64,000 nt of DNA from Methylococcales bacterium (GCA_037133675.1 JBAXNR010000011.1:1197-65196), one strand, 5' to 3'. Shown: positions 38,318 to 48,103, counted from the first letter of the stretch. Notes: generated by a model from the letters alone, not told the origin. Translations and numbers: made by a program.

Positions 38318-39321
38318 GGGACGGCAATGCGGGCAATCAGTTCTTTGATGACATGATCGGCAGTAATACCCTCGGCTTCGGCTTCATAAGATAGGATTAT
38401 GCGATGCCGTAACACATCAAAAGCGATGTCTTGTATATCTTCAGGCGCGACAAAATCGCGTTGTGCTAGCCACGCTTTGGCTTTAGCACAGCGGTCAATA
38501 GCAATACTGGCGCGTGGACTTGCGCCATATTGCAACCACGAGGCTAAGTCTGCACCGTAAGCCGCTGGGTTGCGGGTTGCTAACACGATTTGTAATAAAT
38601 AATTTTCTAAGCTATCTGCCATGAATACATCGAGTATTTCATTACGCGCTTCAAATAGGGTCGCTTGGCTTAGTGGTACAAAGGGTGATGAGCTTTTTTC
38701 CTGTTTTGAATCTGGGTGAATTTGCCGTGCTTCGGCTCTAACTAAATGCAGGATATTTTTTTCGTGTTCAGCACTGGGATAATCCACTTTAACGTGCAGT
38801 AAAAACCGATCCAATTGCGCTTCGGGTAAGGGATAAGTGCCTTCGTGTTCAATGGGATTTTGAGTTGCCATCACCATGAACAATTGCGGTAATGGGTAAG
38901 TCATTTTTCCGACCGTGACTTGCCGTTCTCCCATTGCTTCTAACAACGCGGCTTGCACTTTAGCTGGTGAACGATTGATTTCATCCGCTAAAATCAAATT
39001 ATGAAACACTGGCCCCGCTTGAAATTCAAATGCGTCTTTTTGAGGACGATAAATTTCCGTGCCTGTTAAATCCGCAGGTAACAAGTCGGGGGTAAACTGC
39101 ACTCGATGAAAATCGGCTTCTATCCCTTTGCTCAGCACTTTAATGGCGCGTGTTTTAGCAAGACCAGGTGCGCCTTCCACCAAAATATGCCCATCGGCTA
39201 ATAAGCCAATTAACATACGCTCGACCAGTACATCTTGTCCGATGATTTGTTGGTTAATAAAGTCTTGCAAGCGTTTTACTGCCGATTGCGTTGAATCTGT
39301 CGTGTTGTTTTGTTCTGACAT
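38314..39321 (-). CDS. moxR: MoxR-family AAA+ ATPase
   Basis: Walker A GAPGLAKT and Walker B LILADEINRSPAKVQAALLEAM; 335 aa. Confidence 0.95.
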   Translation of the reverse strand: MSEQNNTTDSTQSAVKRLQDFINQQIIGQDVLVERMLIGLLADGHILVEGAPGLAKTRAIKVLSKGIEADFHRVQFTPDLLPADLTGTEIYRPQKDAFEFQAGPVFHNLILADEINRSPAKVQAALLEAMGERQVTVGKMTYPLPQLFMVMATQNPIEHEGTYPLPEAQLDRFLLHVKVDYPSAEHEKNILHLVRAEARQIHPDSKQEKSSSPFVPLSQATLFEARNEILDVFMADSLENYLLQIVLATRNPAAYGADLASWLQYGASPRASIAIDRCAKAKAWLAQRDFVAPEDIQDIAFDVLRHRIILSYEAEAEGITADHVIKELIARIAVP

Positions 39322-39654
39322 GATGAAATTATCTAGTTTAAAATCATAAAAATGAAGGTTTAAGCAGTCAATTAGAGGTATTTTTTTAACTCAATTGACG
39401 GCAAAAATGGGTTAAAACGTTTGTTTAAAGTAGCAGCTTAATAAAGATGCTAACTATTTTATACTGAATAGGGTTAGATCAATGCTTAATTACAGTAATA
39501 ATTAGTAATTTTGTATGCTGATTTTTACGTTTCTAGTTATTTAACCAGAAACTATGCGTGTAGAATGTCTTGCTGGTGTTACACATTATTCACGAAAAAT
39601 CGTATGTAACAGCATTCTTGGTAACCCTCAACATTACTCAATGGTTTCAACAGT

Positions 39655-42474
39655 ATGTCAGACTACAACGATTTCTTGGATGATTATGCGTTTATCATAA
39701 TAGCTGTGTTACTAGCTGCAATGATACTAGTCGTTATCTTGTGGATGCTTTCAAAATGGTTACATCCTGTTGAAAAAAACAACACAGCACCCACTCCCAT
39801 TCAGCACGATTGGCATACCTTGTCAGTTGCGCAAGCACTGCATAGACTATCAACTCAGTTAAGCAGTGGCTTAACTCAGGCAGATGTCAAAGAACGGCAG
39901 AACTATTACGGTTTTAATCGACTCATTGAAAAACCACCCGAACCAGCTTGGCATTTATTATTGTCACAATTTAAAAGTGTCTTGATTGTAGTGCTGATTG
40001 TCGCGGCAATTCTGGCGACGGCTATTGGTGATTTAACAGACGGTATCGTCATTTTGATTGTAGTGATGATTAACGCTTGCCTAGGTTTTTATCAAGAATT
40101 TCAGGCAGAAAAATCCTTAGCTGTGCTAAAAAAAATGTTGGCGTTACAAGCGACAGTGCGCCGTGATAAAAGCATACAAGAACTATCTGCCGATCAATTA
40201 GTGCCAGGTGATATTGTCATTTTAGAAGCGGGCAATAAAATACCTGCCGATGGACGCATTATTAAGGCTAATAGTTTAGAAGTCGATGAATCGTCTTTCA
40301 CGGGTGAATCTGTTCCTGTTGCCAAGCACAAACACGAACTTAAAAATGCCGATACGCCGTTAGCCGAACGGATTAATATGCTTTATATGAATAATGCGAT
40401 AGTGCGTGGACGGGCAGAAATGCTGGTAACCGCAACAGGCATGAATACTGAAATAGGCAAATTAGCCAATATGTTGGCGCAAACAGAAGACGAAGCGACT
40501 CCCTTACAAATCCAACTCGATAGTTTAGGCAAACGTTTGGCGTTGTTCGCGTTGTTCATCGTACTGGTATTATTTGCTAGTACCCTTTTACGCGGCGGAC
40601 CGCTACCACAATTGTTTTGGCAATCGCCGCAATTCATCGAAACGGTTTTTACCGCGATTGCCTTGGCAGTTGCAGCAATTCCTGAAGGTTTACCCGCCGT
40701 TGTTACCGTCACGCTCGCGTTAGGAATGCACCGCATGGCAAAGCAACGCGCCATTGTTAAACGTCTATCTGCGGTAGAAACCTTGGGCTGTACCACGGTT
40801 ATTTGTACTGATAAAACAGGAACATTAACAGTGAACCAAATGACCGCACGAGCTTTGTATTATAAAGGGCAACGCTATAGCGTCAGCGGTGAGGGGTATG
40901 AAATAGCAGGTGAAATTTTACCTAGTAGTAATTCAACAACGGATTTAACCGAGCTATTGTTAGCACTGGCGTTATGTAATGACAGCTGTGTTCAGGACAA
41001 TCAGGTACTAGGTGATCCAATGGAAGGTGCGTTATTGGTGCTTGCTGCCAAAGGCGGTTTAAGCAAAGAACAAGCCAATGAACAACTGCCACGCGTTGCT
41101 GAAATTCCGTTTGATGCGGAACATAAATTCATGGCAACTTTTCATCGACAAGACAGAGAAGTTATCGTATTTATTAAGGGTGCGCCCGAAGTATTGCTGG
41201 CGTTATGTCAATCAGAACTTGATGAACAAGGCAATGTTGTTGCCATTCAACGCCACACCCTGTTACAGCAAAATGAGCAAATGGCAAGTACAGGTTTGCG
41301 CGTATTAGGGTTGGTCAAGCGGACATTTCCAACAGCAGATTTTTCATGGGAAGATGATTTATTTAGCTACATTGAAGGGCTAACATTTATCGGGTTAGTC
41401 GGTCTCATGGATCCTCCAAGAGCGGAAGTATGTGAGGCAATCAAACTTTGTCACAAAGCAGGTATCGCCGTCAAAATGATAACAGGGGATCAAAAACTCA
41501 CCGCAGCGGCAATCGCTGAAGAAATCGGTTTAGTGGGTGATGTGGTTGACGGCACTGAATTAAGCACGATGGATGATGCAGCATTGACTGAACGCATTAA
41601 CAGCATTGGTGTTTTTGCGCGTACCGCACCTGAGCAAAAAGTCAGAATAGTGAATGCGTTAAAAGCGTATGGTCATATTGTTGCGATGACAGGTGACGGC
41701 GTGAATGACGCGCCGGCTCTCAAATGTGCTGATATTGGTATCGCAATGGGCATCACAGGAACCGATGTCGCCCAAGAAGCCGCCACCATGATACTCACCG
41801 ATGATAATTTTGCCACTATCGTCAAAGCAGTGAAAGAGGGACGCGGGATTTACGAAAATATGGTTAAATTCATTCGCTTTCAATTGTCCACCAATATTGG
41901 AGCGATCTTATGCGTAGCTGTTGCACCCTTGCTAGGCTTACCATTGCCGTTTACTGCGATACAATTATTGTGGATTAACATCATTATGGACGGACCTCCC
42001 GCTATGTCGCTAGGTGTTGATCCTGCTCGCATCGACAGTATGAATGAAGCACCGCGCAAACCCGATGACCGTATTTTGTCATTACGCCGTTTTGGTAATT
42101 TATTTAGTTATGGCTTAATAATGGCTATCGGCACGCTAGGTGTTTTGTATGTCGATTTGCAAGTTGGAGATAAGCTTCATGCTACTAGCTTAGCGTTTAC
42201 TACCTTTGTGCTGTTTCAAGTATTCAATGCCTTTAATGCGCGTACTGAAAAAGGCACTGCCTTCAATCGACATTTTTTTGCCAACAAAATTTTATGGGCA
42301 TCCATTCTTAGTGTGATTGTATTGCAAATCATCATTGTGCAATGGTCATCGGCTGAAACTATTTTTCATACCGCGCCGTTAAGTGCGGAAGATTGGTTGT
42401 TAGCTACGAGCATTGCTGTATCAGTGCTGGTTTTTGAAGAGTTACGCAAGCTAGTTGTAAAACTCACTCGGTAG
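39655..42474 (+). CDS. P-type cation-transporting ATPase, P2 (Ca2+-ATPase-like)
   Basis: Contains TGESVPV, AIPEGLPAV, ICTDKTGTLT and MTGDGVNDAPALK, with 10-TM topology; 939 aa. Confidence 0.95.
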   Translation: MSDYNDFLDDYAFIIIAVLLAAMILVVILWMLSKWLHPVEKNNTAPTPIQHDWHTLSVAQALHRLSTQLSSGLTQADVKERQNYYGFNRLIEKPPEPAWHLLLSQFKSVLIVVLIVAAILATAIGDLTDGIVILIVVMINACLGFYQEFQAEKSLAVLKKMLALQATVRRDKSIQELSADQLVPGDIVILEAGNKIPADGRIIKANSLEVDESSFTGESVPVAKHKHELKNADTPLAERINMLYMNNAIVRGRAEMLVTATGMNTEIGKLANMLAQTEDEATPLQIQLDSLGKRLALFALFIVLVLFASTLLRGGPLPQLFWQSPQFIETVFTAIALAVAAIPEGLPAVVTVTLALGMHRMAKQRAIVKRLSAVETLGCTTVICTDKTGTLTVNQMTARALYYKGQRYSVSGEGYEIAGEILPSSNSTTDLTELLLALALCNDSCVQDNQVLGDPMEGALLVLAAKGGLSKEQANEQLPRVAEIPFDAEHKFMATFHRQDREVIVFIKGAPEVLLALCQSELDEQGNVVAIQRHTLLQQNEQMASTGLRVLGLVKRTFPTADFSWEDDLFSYIEGLTFIGLVGLMDPPRAEVCEAIKLCHKAGIAVKMITGDQKLTAAAIAEEIGLVGDVVDGTELSTMDDAALTERINSIGVFARTAPEQKVRIVNALKAYGHIVAMTGDGVNDAPALKCADIGIAMGITGTDVAQEAATMILTDDNFATIVKAVKEGRGIYENMVKFIRFQLSTNIGAILCVAVAPLLGLPLPFTAIQLLWINIIMDGPPAMSLGVDPARIDSMNEAPRKPDDRILSLRRFGNLFSYGLIMAIGTLGVLYVDLQVGDKLHATSLAFTTFVLFQVFNAFNARTEKGTAFNRHFFANKILWASILSVIVLQIIIVQWSSAETIFHTAPLSAEDWLLATSIAVSVLVFEELRKLVVKLTR

Positions 42475-42544
42475 CCTAACTTGAATGCTAAGCCTTTAAT
42501 CGCTTGATTTGATAACAAATTTAGAGGTTTTTTCAGCCGTATAA

Positions 42545-42573
42545 GTGGGCAAACAGCTTTATCGTTTGCCCAC
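42545..42573. repeat. REP hairpin GTGGGCAAAC-9 nt-GTTTGCCCAC between convergent genes; probable bidirectional terminator
   Basis: Perfect 10-bp stem. Related copies lie at 30376..30396 and within 59238..59323. Confidence 0.75.
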
Positions 42574-42588
42574 CTCACAGAATTATTA

Positions 42589-43779
42589 TTACTTCGCTGC
42601 CTTCTGATCTTTCTTCATCATTAAGCGAATACCGCGCACCGCTTGACGGGTACGATGTTCGTTTTCAATCAAACCAAAACGGACATGATCGTCGCCGTAT
42701 TGCCCAAAGCCAATCCCTGGTGCAACAGCGACTTTCGCTTCTAACAATAATTTTTTAGAAAATTCTAGCGATCCCATTGCCTGATACTGCTCAGGAATTT
42801 TTGCCCATACAAACATGGTGGCTTTGGGTTTCTCAACTGCCCAGCCTATTGCATTTAAGCCATCACATAACACATCCCGACGTTTGCAATACATTTCAGC
42901 AATTTCCACTATGCAGTCTTGCGAGCCTTCTAAGGCGGCAATGGCTGCGATTTGAATCGGTGCAAAGGTGCCGTAATCCAAATAGGATTTAATGCGTGCT
43001 AAAGCAGAGACTAACTCTTTATTGCCACACATAAAACCAACGCGCCAACCAGGCATATTGTAGCTTTTAGACAGCGAGAAAAATTCTACCGCAATGTCTT
43101 TCGCGCCTTCGACTTGTAGAATTGACGGAGCTTTGTAGCCATCAAAGACAATATCTGCATAAGCAATATCCTGAACCACCCAGATATTATGCTCTTTTGC
43201 CACCGCAATAATTTTTTCAAAAAACTCCAGTTCCACGCATTCGCTGGTGGGATTACCTGGAAAATTAAGAATCAACATTTTTGGTTTCGGCCAACAATCA
43301 ACAATGGCTTTTTGCAACTCTTCAAAAAAATTGACACCGTCAATCATCGGCACATGGCGCACATCCGCACCCGCAATTACCACACCATAAGGATGAATAG
43401 GATAGGCAGGATTTGGCACCAGTACCACATCACCAGGACCTAATGTAGCGAGGGCTAAATGCGCCAAGCCTTCTTTAGAACCAATAGTAACAATGGCTTC
43501 GGTTTCAGGATCGAGATCAACATCAAAACGAATTTTATACCAGTCACAAATTGCTTTGCGTAACCGTGGTATGCCTTTAGAAACCGAATAACGATGGGTA
43601 TCAGGGCGTTGTACCGCTTCAATTAGCTTATCAACGATATGTTGCGGCGTGGGTTGATCTGGATTACCCATGCCAAAATCGATAATATCTTCACCAGCAG
43701 CTCGCGCTTTGGCTTTTAATTCATTAACAATGTTAAAAACGTAAGGGGGTAAACGACTTATTCTATGAAATTGTTCCAT
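42589..43779 (-). CDS. PLP-dependent aminotransferase, class I (AlaC/AspC-like)
   Basis: Contains [14 protein letters not shown]..., GMGNPD and [15 protein letters not shown] (PLP lysine); 396 aa. Confidence 0.9.
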   Translation of the reverse strand: MEQFHRISRLPPYVFNIVNELKAKARAAGEDIIDFGMGNPDQPTPQHIVDKLIEAVQRPDTHRYSVSKGIPRLRKAICDWYKIRFDVDLDPETEAIVTIGSKEGLAHLALATLGPGDVVLVPNPAYPIHPYGVVIAGADVRHVPMIDGVNFFEELQKAIVDCWPKPKMLILNFPGNPTSECVELEFFEKIIAVAKEHNIWVVQDIAYADIVFDGYKAPSILQVEGAKDIAVEFFSLSKSYNMPGWRVGFMCGNKELVSALARIKSYLDYGTFAPIQIAAIAALEGSQDCIVEIAEMYCKRRDVLCDGLNAIGWAVEKPKATMFVWAKIPEQYQAMGSLEFSKKLLLEAKVAVAPGIGFGQYGDDHVRFGLIENEHRTRQAVRGIRLMMKKDQKAAK

Positions 43780-44193
43780 TTAATGGCTTATGAGGGTAGG
43801 TTTAAAAATGTTGTCTAAGTTACTGTCGTTACTATCATAAGTCAAATGGCAAACTATTAGATAATCTAGTCTAACGCAGTTCACCACCCTACAACAAAGT
43901 GTCAATTTGCATAATGAGATAATAAAAAACTTAAAATTTGCCTTGTAACATCATCTTAACCTATTGTTTTTAATAACTATCATCAATACTAAATATTGGC
44001 TAGCAGTAAAAGTTAAAGCGATTGAGGTTCAAAATAGTCAAAAAATAAGCTTTTTAATTTCATAACAACATTACTATTTTTACCGCTATCAATAGTTAAA
44101 AATTCCTTGTCATCAATACTTCTTTTGCCTTGTTTCAGATAATGTGTTAATTATTACGCATTCACATTACAATGATATAAAGGAAAAAGCTCG

Positions 44194-44475
44194 GTGCAGT
44201 ATGTTTTAATCATTCATGAAGTCGTTGATTACGCCGCGTGGAAAAAAATTTTCGACCAAGCCGCTGAAATCCGAAAACAAGCAGGTGAAGTAAGTTATCA
44301 GCTTTTAAATGTTCAACACGATACTAACAACATTGTTCACTTTTCAAAATGGACATCGTTGGATAATGCTAGGCATTTTTTTGAATCACCTGCATTGATA
44401 GAGATCAGAAAAAAAGCAGGTGTTAAGTCTCCAGAATTTATCTATTTAAACGAACTGGAAAATAAAGTTTTATAA
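44194..44475 (+). CDS. Small Dabb-fold (ABM-like) protein, function unknown
   Basis: 93 aa, GTG start. The pattern ...VVDYAAWKKIFD...HFSKWTSLDNARHFFESP... resembles ferredoxin-like ABM/Dabb proteins. This is a weak call. Confidence 0.4.
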   Translation: MQYVLIIHEVVDYAAWKKIFDQAAEIRKQAGEVSYQLLNVQHDTNNIVHFSKWTSLDNARHFFESPALIEIRKKAGVKSPEFIYLNELENKVL

Positions 44476-44535
44476 CTAATCCACTACCTACTGTTTGTCA
44501 TCTCACTTTACCAATTAACATTAGAGGAAAATAAA

Positions 44536-44901
44536 ATGGAAGAAGACAAAGATTTAACCGCTCCATCCGACTCCGATGTAGAGGGCGCGTTTTTTAGCTC
44601 TCTAAAACGTAATAACCGACAAATACGCGATGACAGAGCGACCGCCATTGCCGAAGATACCGAGCTAGTTTACAAACGTAAAATCGAAGACCTAGAACTC
44701 AATATTAAAAAAATGAAACGCGAACAGGACAATATGTTAGACCTGTCTCCGACTAACGCACAAAGCCTCATTCTCGCCAGTGATTTTATTTCTGTCGATT
44801 ATGTAGAAAAAGATATTGAACTAGGTATTAAAATCCGCAATACCGAAATCACCCTAGAAATAGCCAGAAAAAGATACCAATACTTATTTGGAGGATTATA
44901 A
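44536..44901 (+). CDS. Acidic coiled-coil protein, no recognisable family (gene 1 of trio)
   Basis: 121 aa with a good RBS (AGAGGAAAATAAAATG) and heptad-like KRKIEDLELNIKKMKREQDNML. Its stop lies 1 nt before the VWA gene start. Confidence 0.55.
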   Translation: MEEDKDLTAPSDSDVEGAFFSSLKRNNRQIRDDRATAIAEDTELVYKRKIEDLELNIKKMKREQDNMLDLSPTNAQSLILASDFISVDYVEKDIELGIKIRNTEITLEIARKRYQYLFGGL

Positions 44902-44902
44902 A

Positions 44903-45751
44903 ATGGGCATGGGCGATTACTCTCTCGATGATAGAACAACAAGAGCAACAACACTGGGTTATACCACCAAACCTGCCAGCGAAATATTCTCACCAAGTGC
45001 CAGCAATGCGATGAATCCGCATGGCATAATGCTTCGAGAATCCAGAGATTCTGATGAACATCCTAATACCGTGTCGATTATCTTAGCACTGGATGTCACT
45101 GGTTCTATGGGGTCTATCCCACACTTTCTTGTGAAAGAAGGTTTGCCTAAAATTATGGGTAATATTATTCAACGTAATATTAAAGACCCACAATTATTAT
45201 TTCTAGCCATTGGCGATCATGAATGCGATAACAGTCCCTTACAAGTCGGGCAGTTTGAATCCAGCGATGAATTATTGGATAAATGGCTAACCGAAGTCTA
45301 TCTCGAAGGCGGTGGCGGTGGTAATGGTGGCGAAAGTTATTTATTAGCGTGGTATTTTGCAGGTTTCCATACTGTATTAGACAGCGTTGAAAAAAGACAA
45401 CAAAAAGGCTTTCTTTTTACCATTGGTGATGAACCCACGTTACGCGAATTACCTGCGACAGCTCTTAAAAAGATAATGGGTAATGGGCAGTATCAAAATT
45501 ACTCTGCCAGTGTATTACTGGATAAAGCGCGTGAACATTATCATGTTTACCATCTGCATATTAAAGAAACCTCCTCAGGTAGCCAACAAACTGTAATGGA
45601 TGGTTGGAAAGAATTAATGGGTGACAAGCTCATTCTGGTGGAAAAACACGCGGAGATTGCCAAAATAATCCCTGATATAGTGTCTAAAGTAACCGCTTCA
45701 GCAGCGCGACCAGACGATATTATCAAAGAAAAAACTCCGATTATTTTATAA
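44903..45751 (+). CDS. Cytoplasmic VWA domain protein with an intact MIDAS (gene 2 of trio)
   Basis: ATG 44903 is preceded by GGAGGA. It contains ILALDVTGSMG (DxTGS MIDAS), LAIGDHECD, a glycine loop EGGGGGNGGESY and FTIGDEP. There is no signal peptide or TM. Confidence 0.8.
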   Translation: MGMGDYSLDDRTTRATTLGYTTKPASEIFSPSASNAMNPHGIMLRESRDSDEHPNTVSIILALDVTGSMGSIPHFLVKEGLPKIMGNIIQRNIKDPQLLFLAIGDHECDNSPLQVGQFESSDELLDKWLTEVYLEGGGGGNGGESYLLAWYFAGFHTVLDSVEKRQQKGFLFTIGDEPTLRELPATALKKIMGNGQYQNYSASVLLDKAREHYHVYHLHIKETSSGSQQTVMDGWKELMGDKLILVEKHAEIAKIIPDIVSKVTASAARPDDIIKEKTPIIL

Positions 45752-45753
45752 CA

Positions 45754-46857
45754 ATGGCAAACAAGGCAGTAATAGGTTTAGGTTATGGGGATGAAGGTAA
45801 AGGTTTGTTTATCGATTATCTTTGTTCCCAATCAACTAATCCATTAGTTATTCGTTTTTCAGGTGGACAACAAGCAGGACATACCGTTGTCAGCAATGGA
45901 ATTCGTCACGTTTTTTCTAATTTTTGTGCAGGAACATTAAAAGGCGCACCCAGTTATTTTTCCAAGTTCTGTACCATTGACCCCATTGGTATCGTTAATG
46001 AATTATCAGTATTATTGGATAAAGGGTTTAAACCATTATTATTTATCGATGCGCATTGTCCAGTGACCACGCCTTACGATATAGCGTATAACCAAAAAAA
46101 TAATAAACATGGCAGTTGTGGTGTGGGTGTTGGCGATACGATAAACCGCGAAGAACATCATTATTCCTTAACCTTTGCCGATTTATTTTATCCTTGGGTA
46201 TTAGAAACCAAACTAGCGTTAATAAAAGCCTTTTATTCGGGTTATGACGAGGTGAATTTAAGTAATTTTTTAGAATGCTGCGAACTTATTACTCATTCTA
46301 TTTATATTGAAAAAAGCCACGATGTACCAAAAAATAATTACAGTTATTTATTTGAAGGATCGCAAGGTTTACTGCTCGATAAAAATATTGGTTTTTTCCC
46401 CCACGTTACCCGCTCAAATACCGACACGAAAAATATATTAACTTTATTAGGGCATGAAACTCTGTCGATTTATTTAATAACTCGCGCCTATCAAACCAGA
46501 CATGGTGATGGTCCTTTATCCAATGAATCCATACCGCATAATATTAGTAAAAATCCTAATGAAACTAATATCACTAATAAATATCAAGGCGCGTTAAGAA
46601 TCGCGCTGCTCGATGTATCATTATTGGAATATGCGATAAATAAAGATGATTATCTACGCTGTACAAAAAATAAATCCCTAGTCATCACTTGCCTAGATCA
46701 TATTCACAATGAATACCGCTTTACCTATCAAAATGCCATTATCTACTGTAAAAATGAAACGGAATTTGTTAGTAAAATCGCCAGCATTTTAAATATTAGT
46801 AATATTTATATTAGTGCGTCAGAAGATTCAAAAAACATTCACTCATTTTCTGGGTGA
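45754..46857 (+). CDS. Adenylosuccinate synthetase-like enzyme, shortened and divergent (gene 3 of trio)
   Basis: 367 aa with GLGYGDEGKG (P-loop), GGQQAGHT, FEGSQGLLLD, FPHVTRSNT, AYQTRHGDGP and ITCLDHI. These align with the PurA motifs GDEGKGK, GGHNAGHT, FEGAQG, YPYVTSSNT, STRVGxGPFP and TKLD. The GATTGRRRR loop is not conserved. Confidence 0.8.
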   Translation: MANKAVIGLGYGDEGKGLFIDYLCSQSTNPLVIRFSGGQQAGHTVVSNGIRHVFSNFCAGTLKGAPSYFSKFCTIDPIGIVNELSVLLDKGFKPLLFIDAHCPVTTPYDIAYNQKNNKHGSCGVGVGDTINREEHHYSLTFADLFYPWVLETKLALIKAFYSGYDEVNLSNFLECCELITHSIYIEKSHDVPKNNYSYLFEGSQGLLLDKNIGFFPHVTRSNTDTKNILTLLGHETLSIYLITRAYQTRHGDGPLSNESIPHNISKNPNETNITNKYQGALRIALLDVSLLEYAINKDDYLRCTKNKSLVITCLDHIHNEYRFTYQNAIIYCKNETEFVSKIASILNISNIYISASEDSKNIHSFSG

Positions 46858-46963
46858 TGGGTTAAATCTGTTATAGCGATATTAATGACTGCTAGTCTTT
46901 ATAAAGGACTGGCAATCATGCTCAAAAGTAAAAATAACAGATAATACACTACCCCAATAATCT

Positions 46964-48103
46964 ATGACAAATACGCCAATAAATCCAGATTTACTGCCTG
47001 TATTAGAAGTCTTCAAGCAAGATGCTGGTCAAGTGTGCGTTAAATTATCAGGCTGTTGGAATATTCGTAGCTTATCGATGAATGTGGATATACAGCAAAA
47101 ACTCAAAAACATCAGCGCAAATAAAACCCAACAATGGGATATGCGTTGTGTGAATGTCTTGGACAGCGGTGCGGCTTTGATACTTTGGCAAGCATGGGGT
47201 GAAAAAATGCCGAGTGCGTTGCAAATAAAGCCTGAACATCAAGGCTTACTCGCCCGTTGGCAAGCACAAACTGTTGGCACTATTGAAGTCACGCCGTTTC
47301 GTTTTCGTTCGCTGTTAGAGAATTGCGGTCAAACTGCCGTAAACTTTTGGATACAGGTATTGAGTTTTTTAAGCTTATTAGGGCAGTTGGTATTAGATAG
47401 TATTTATTTATTCGTCCATCCACAAGATATTCCTTGGGCAGAAATCTCTATCACGATTTACGATGCAGGAGTCAGAGCCTTAGGTATCACGGCATTGGTG
47501 GGGTTTTTAATTGGTATTGTGTTAAGTTATTTATCAGCTCTGCAATTAAAAATGTTCGGCGCGGAAATTTATATTATTAATATTTTGGGCTTGAGCATTA
47601 TTCGTGAATTAGGTCCTTTATTGGCTGCTATTTTGGTTGCTGGGCGTTCAGGTTCTGCGATGAGTGCGCAAATTGGTATTATGCGCGTGACTGAGGAGTT
47701 GGACGCGCTGTCGGCAATGGGTATTTCGCATTCTGTGCGTTTGGTTTTTCCTAAGGTGATGGCGTTGACACTTGTGTTACCGCTGTTAAGTATTTGGACG
47801 AGCATCACCGCCTTATTGGGTGGTATGTTTGCCGCGCAAACGACATTGGATATAAGTGTGATGCAGTTTTTTATGAAACTGCCCGATGTTGTGCCGTTGC
47901 TCAATGTGTTTATTGGTTTGATTAAAAGTGCGACTTTTGGTTTATTTATCGCGCTGATTGCCTGCCATTTTGGTTTTCGTATTGAACCGAATACCGAAAG
48001 TTTGGGTAATGAAACCACTAATTCTGTGGTTGCCGCTATTACCATTGTGATTATGGTCGATGCAGTGTTTGCGATATTGTTTATGAGTGTGGGAATGCCA
48101 TGA
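46964..48103 (+). CDS. MlaE-family ABC transporter permease with an N-terminal STAS-like extension
   Basis: 379 aa. The C-terminal ~260 aa form a polytopic MlaE/YrbE-type region (ELGPLLAAILVAGRSGSAMSAQIGIMRVTEELDAL). Confidence 0.85.
   Translation: MTNTPINPDLLPVLEVFKQDAGQVCVKLSGCWNIRSLSMNVDIQQKLKNISANKTQQWDMRCVNVLDSGAALILWQAWGEKMPSALQIKPEHQGLLARWQAQTVGTIEVTPFRFRSLLENCGQTAVNFWIQVLSFLSLLGQLVLDSIYLFVHPQDIPWAEISITIYDAGVRALGITALVGFLIGIVLSYLSALQLKMFGAEIYIINILGLSIIRELGPLLAAILVAGRSGSAMSAQIGIMRVTEELDALSAMGISHSVRLVFPKVMALTLVLPLLSIWTSITALLGGMFAAQTTLDISVMQFFMKLPDVVPLLNVFIGLIKSATFGLFIALIACHFGFRIEPNTESLGNETTNSVVAAITIVIMVDAVFAILFMSVGMP

Noticed and set aside
40383-40796. 137-aa minus-strand ORF inside the P-type ATPase
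   Set aside because: It is an antisense shadow of a gene containing the DKTGTLT region.
45754-46857. Phage-type PurZ (2-aminoadenine pathway)
   Set aside because: There are no datZ/mazZ-like or other phage genes nearby. The aspartate-binding loop that PurZ retains appears to be lost here.
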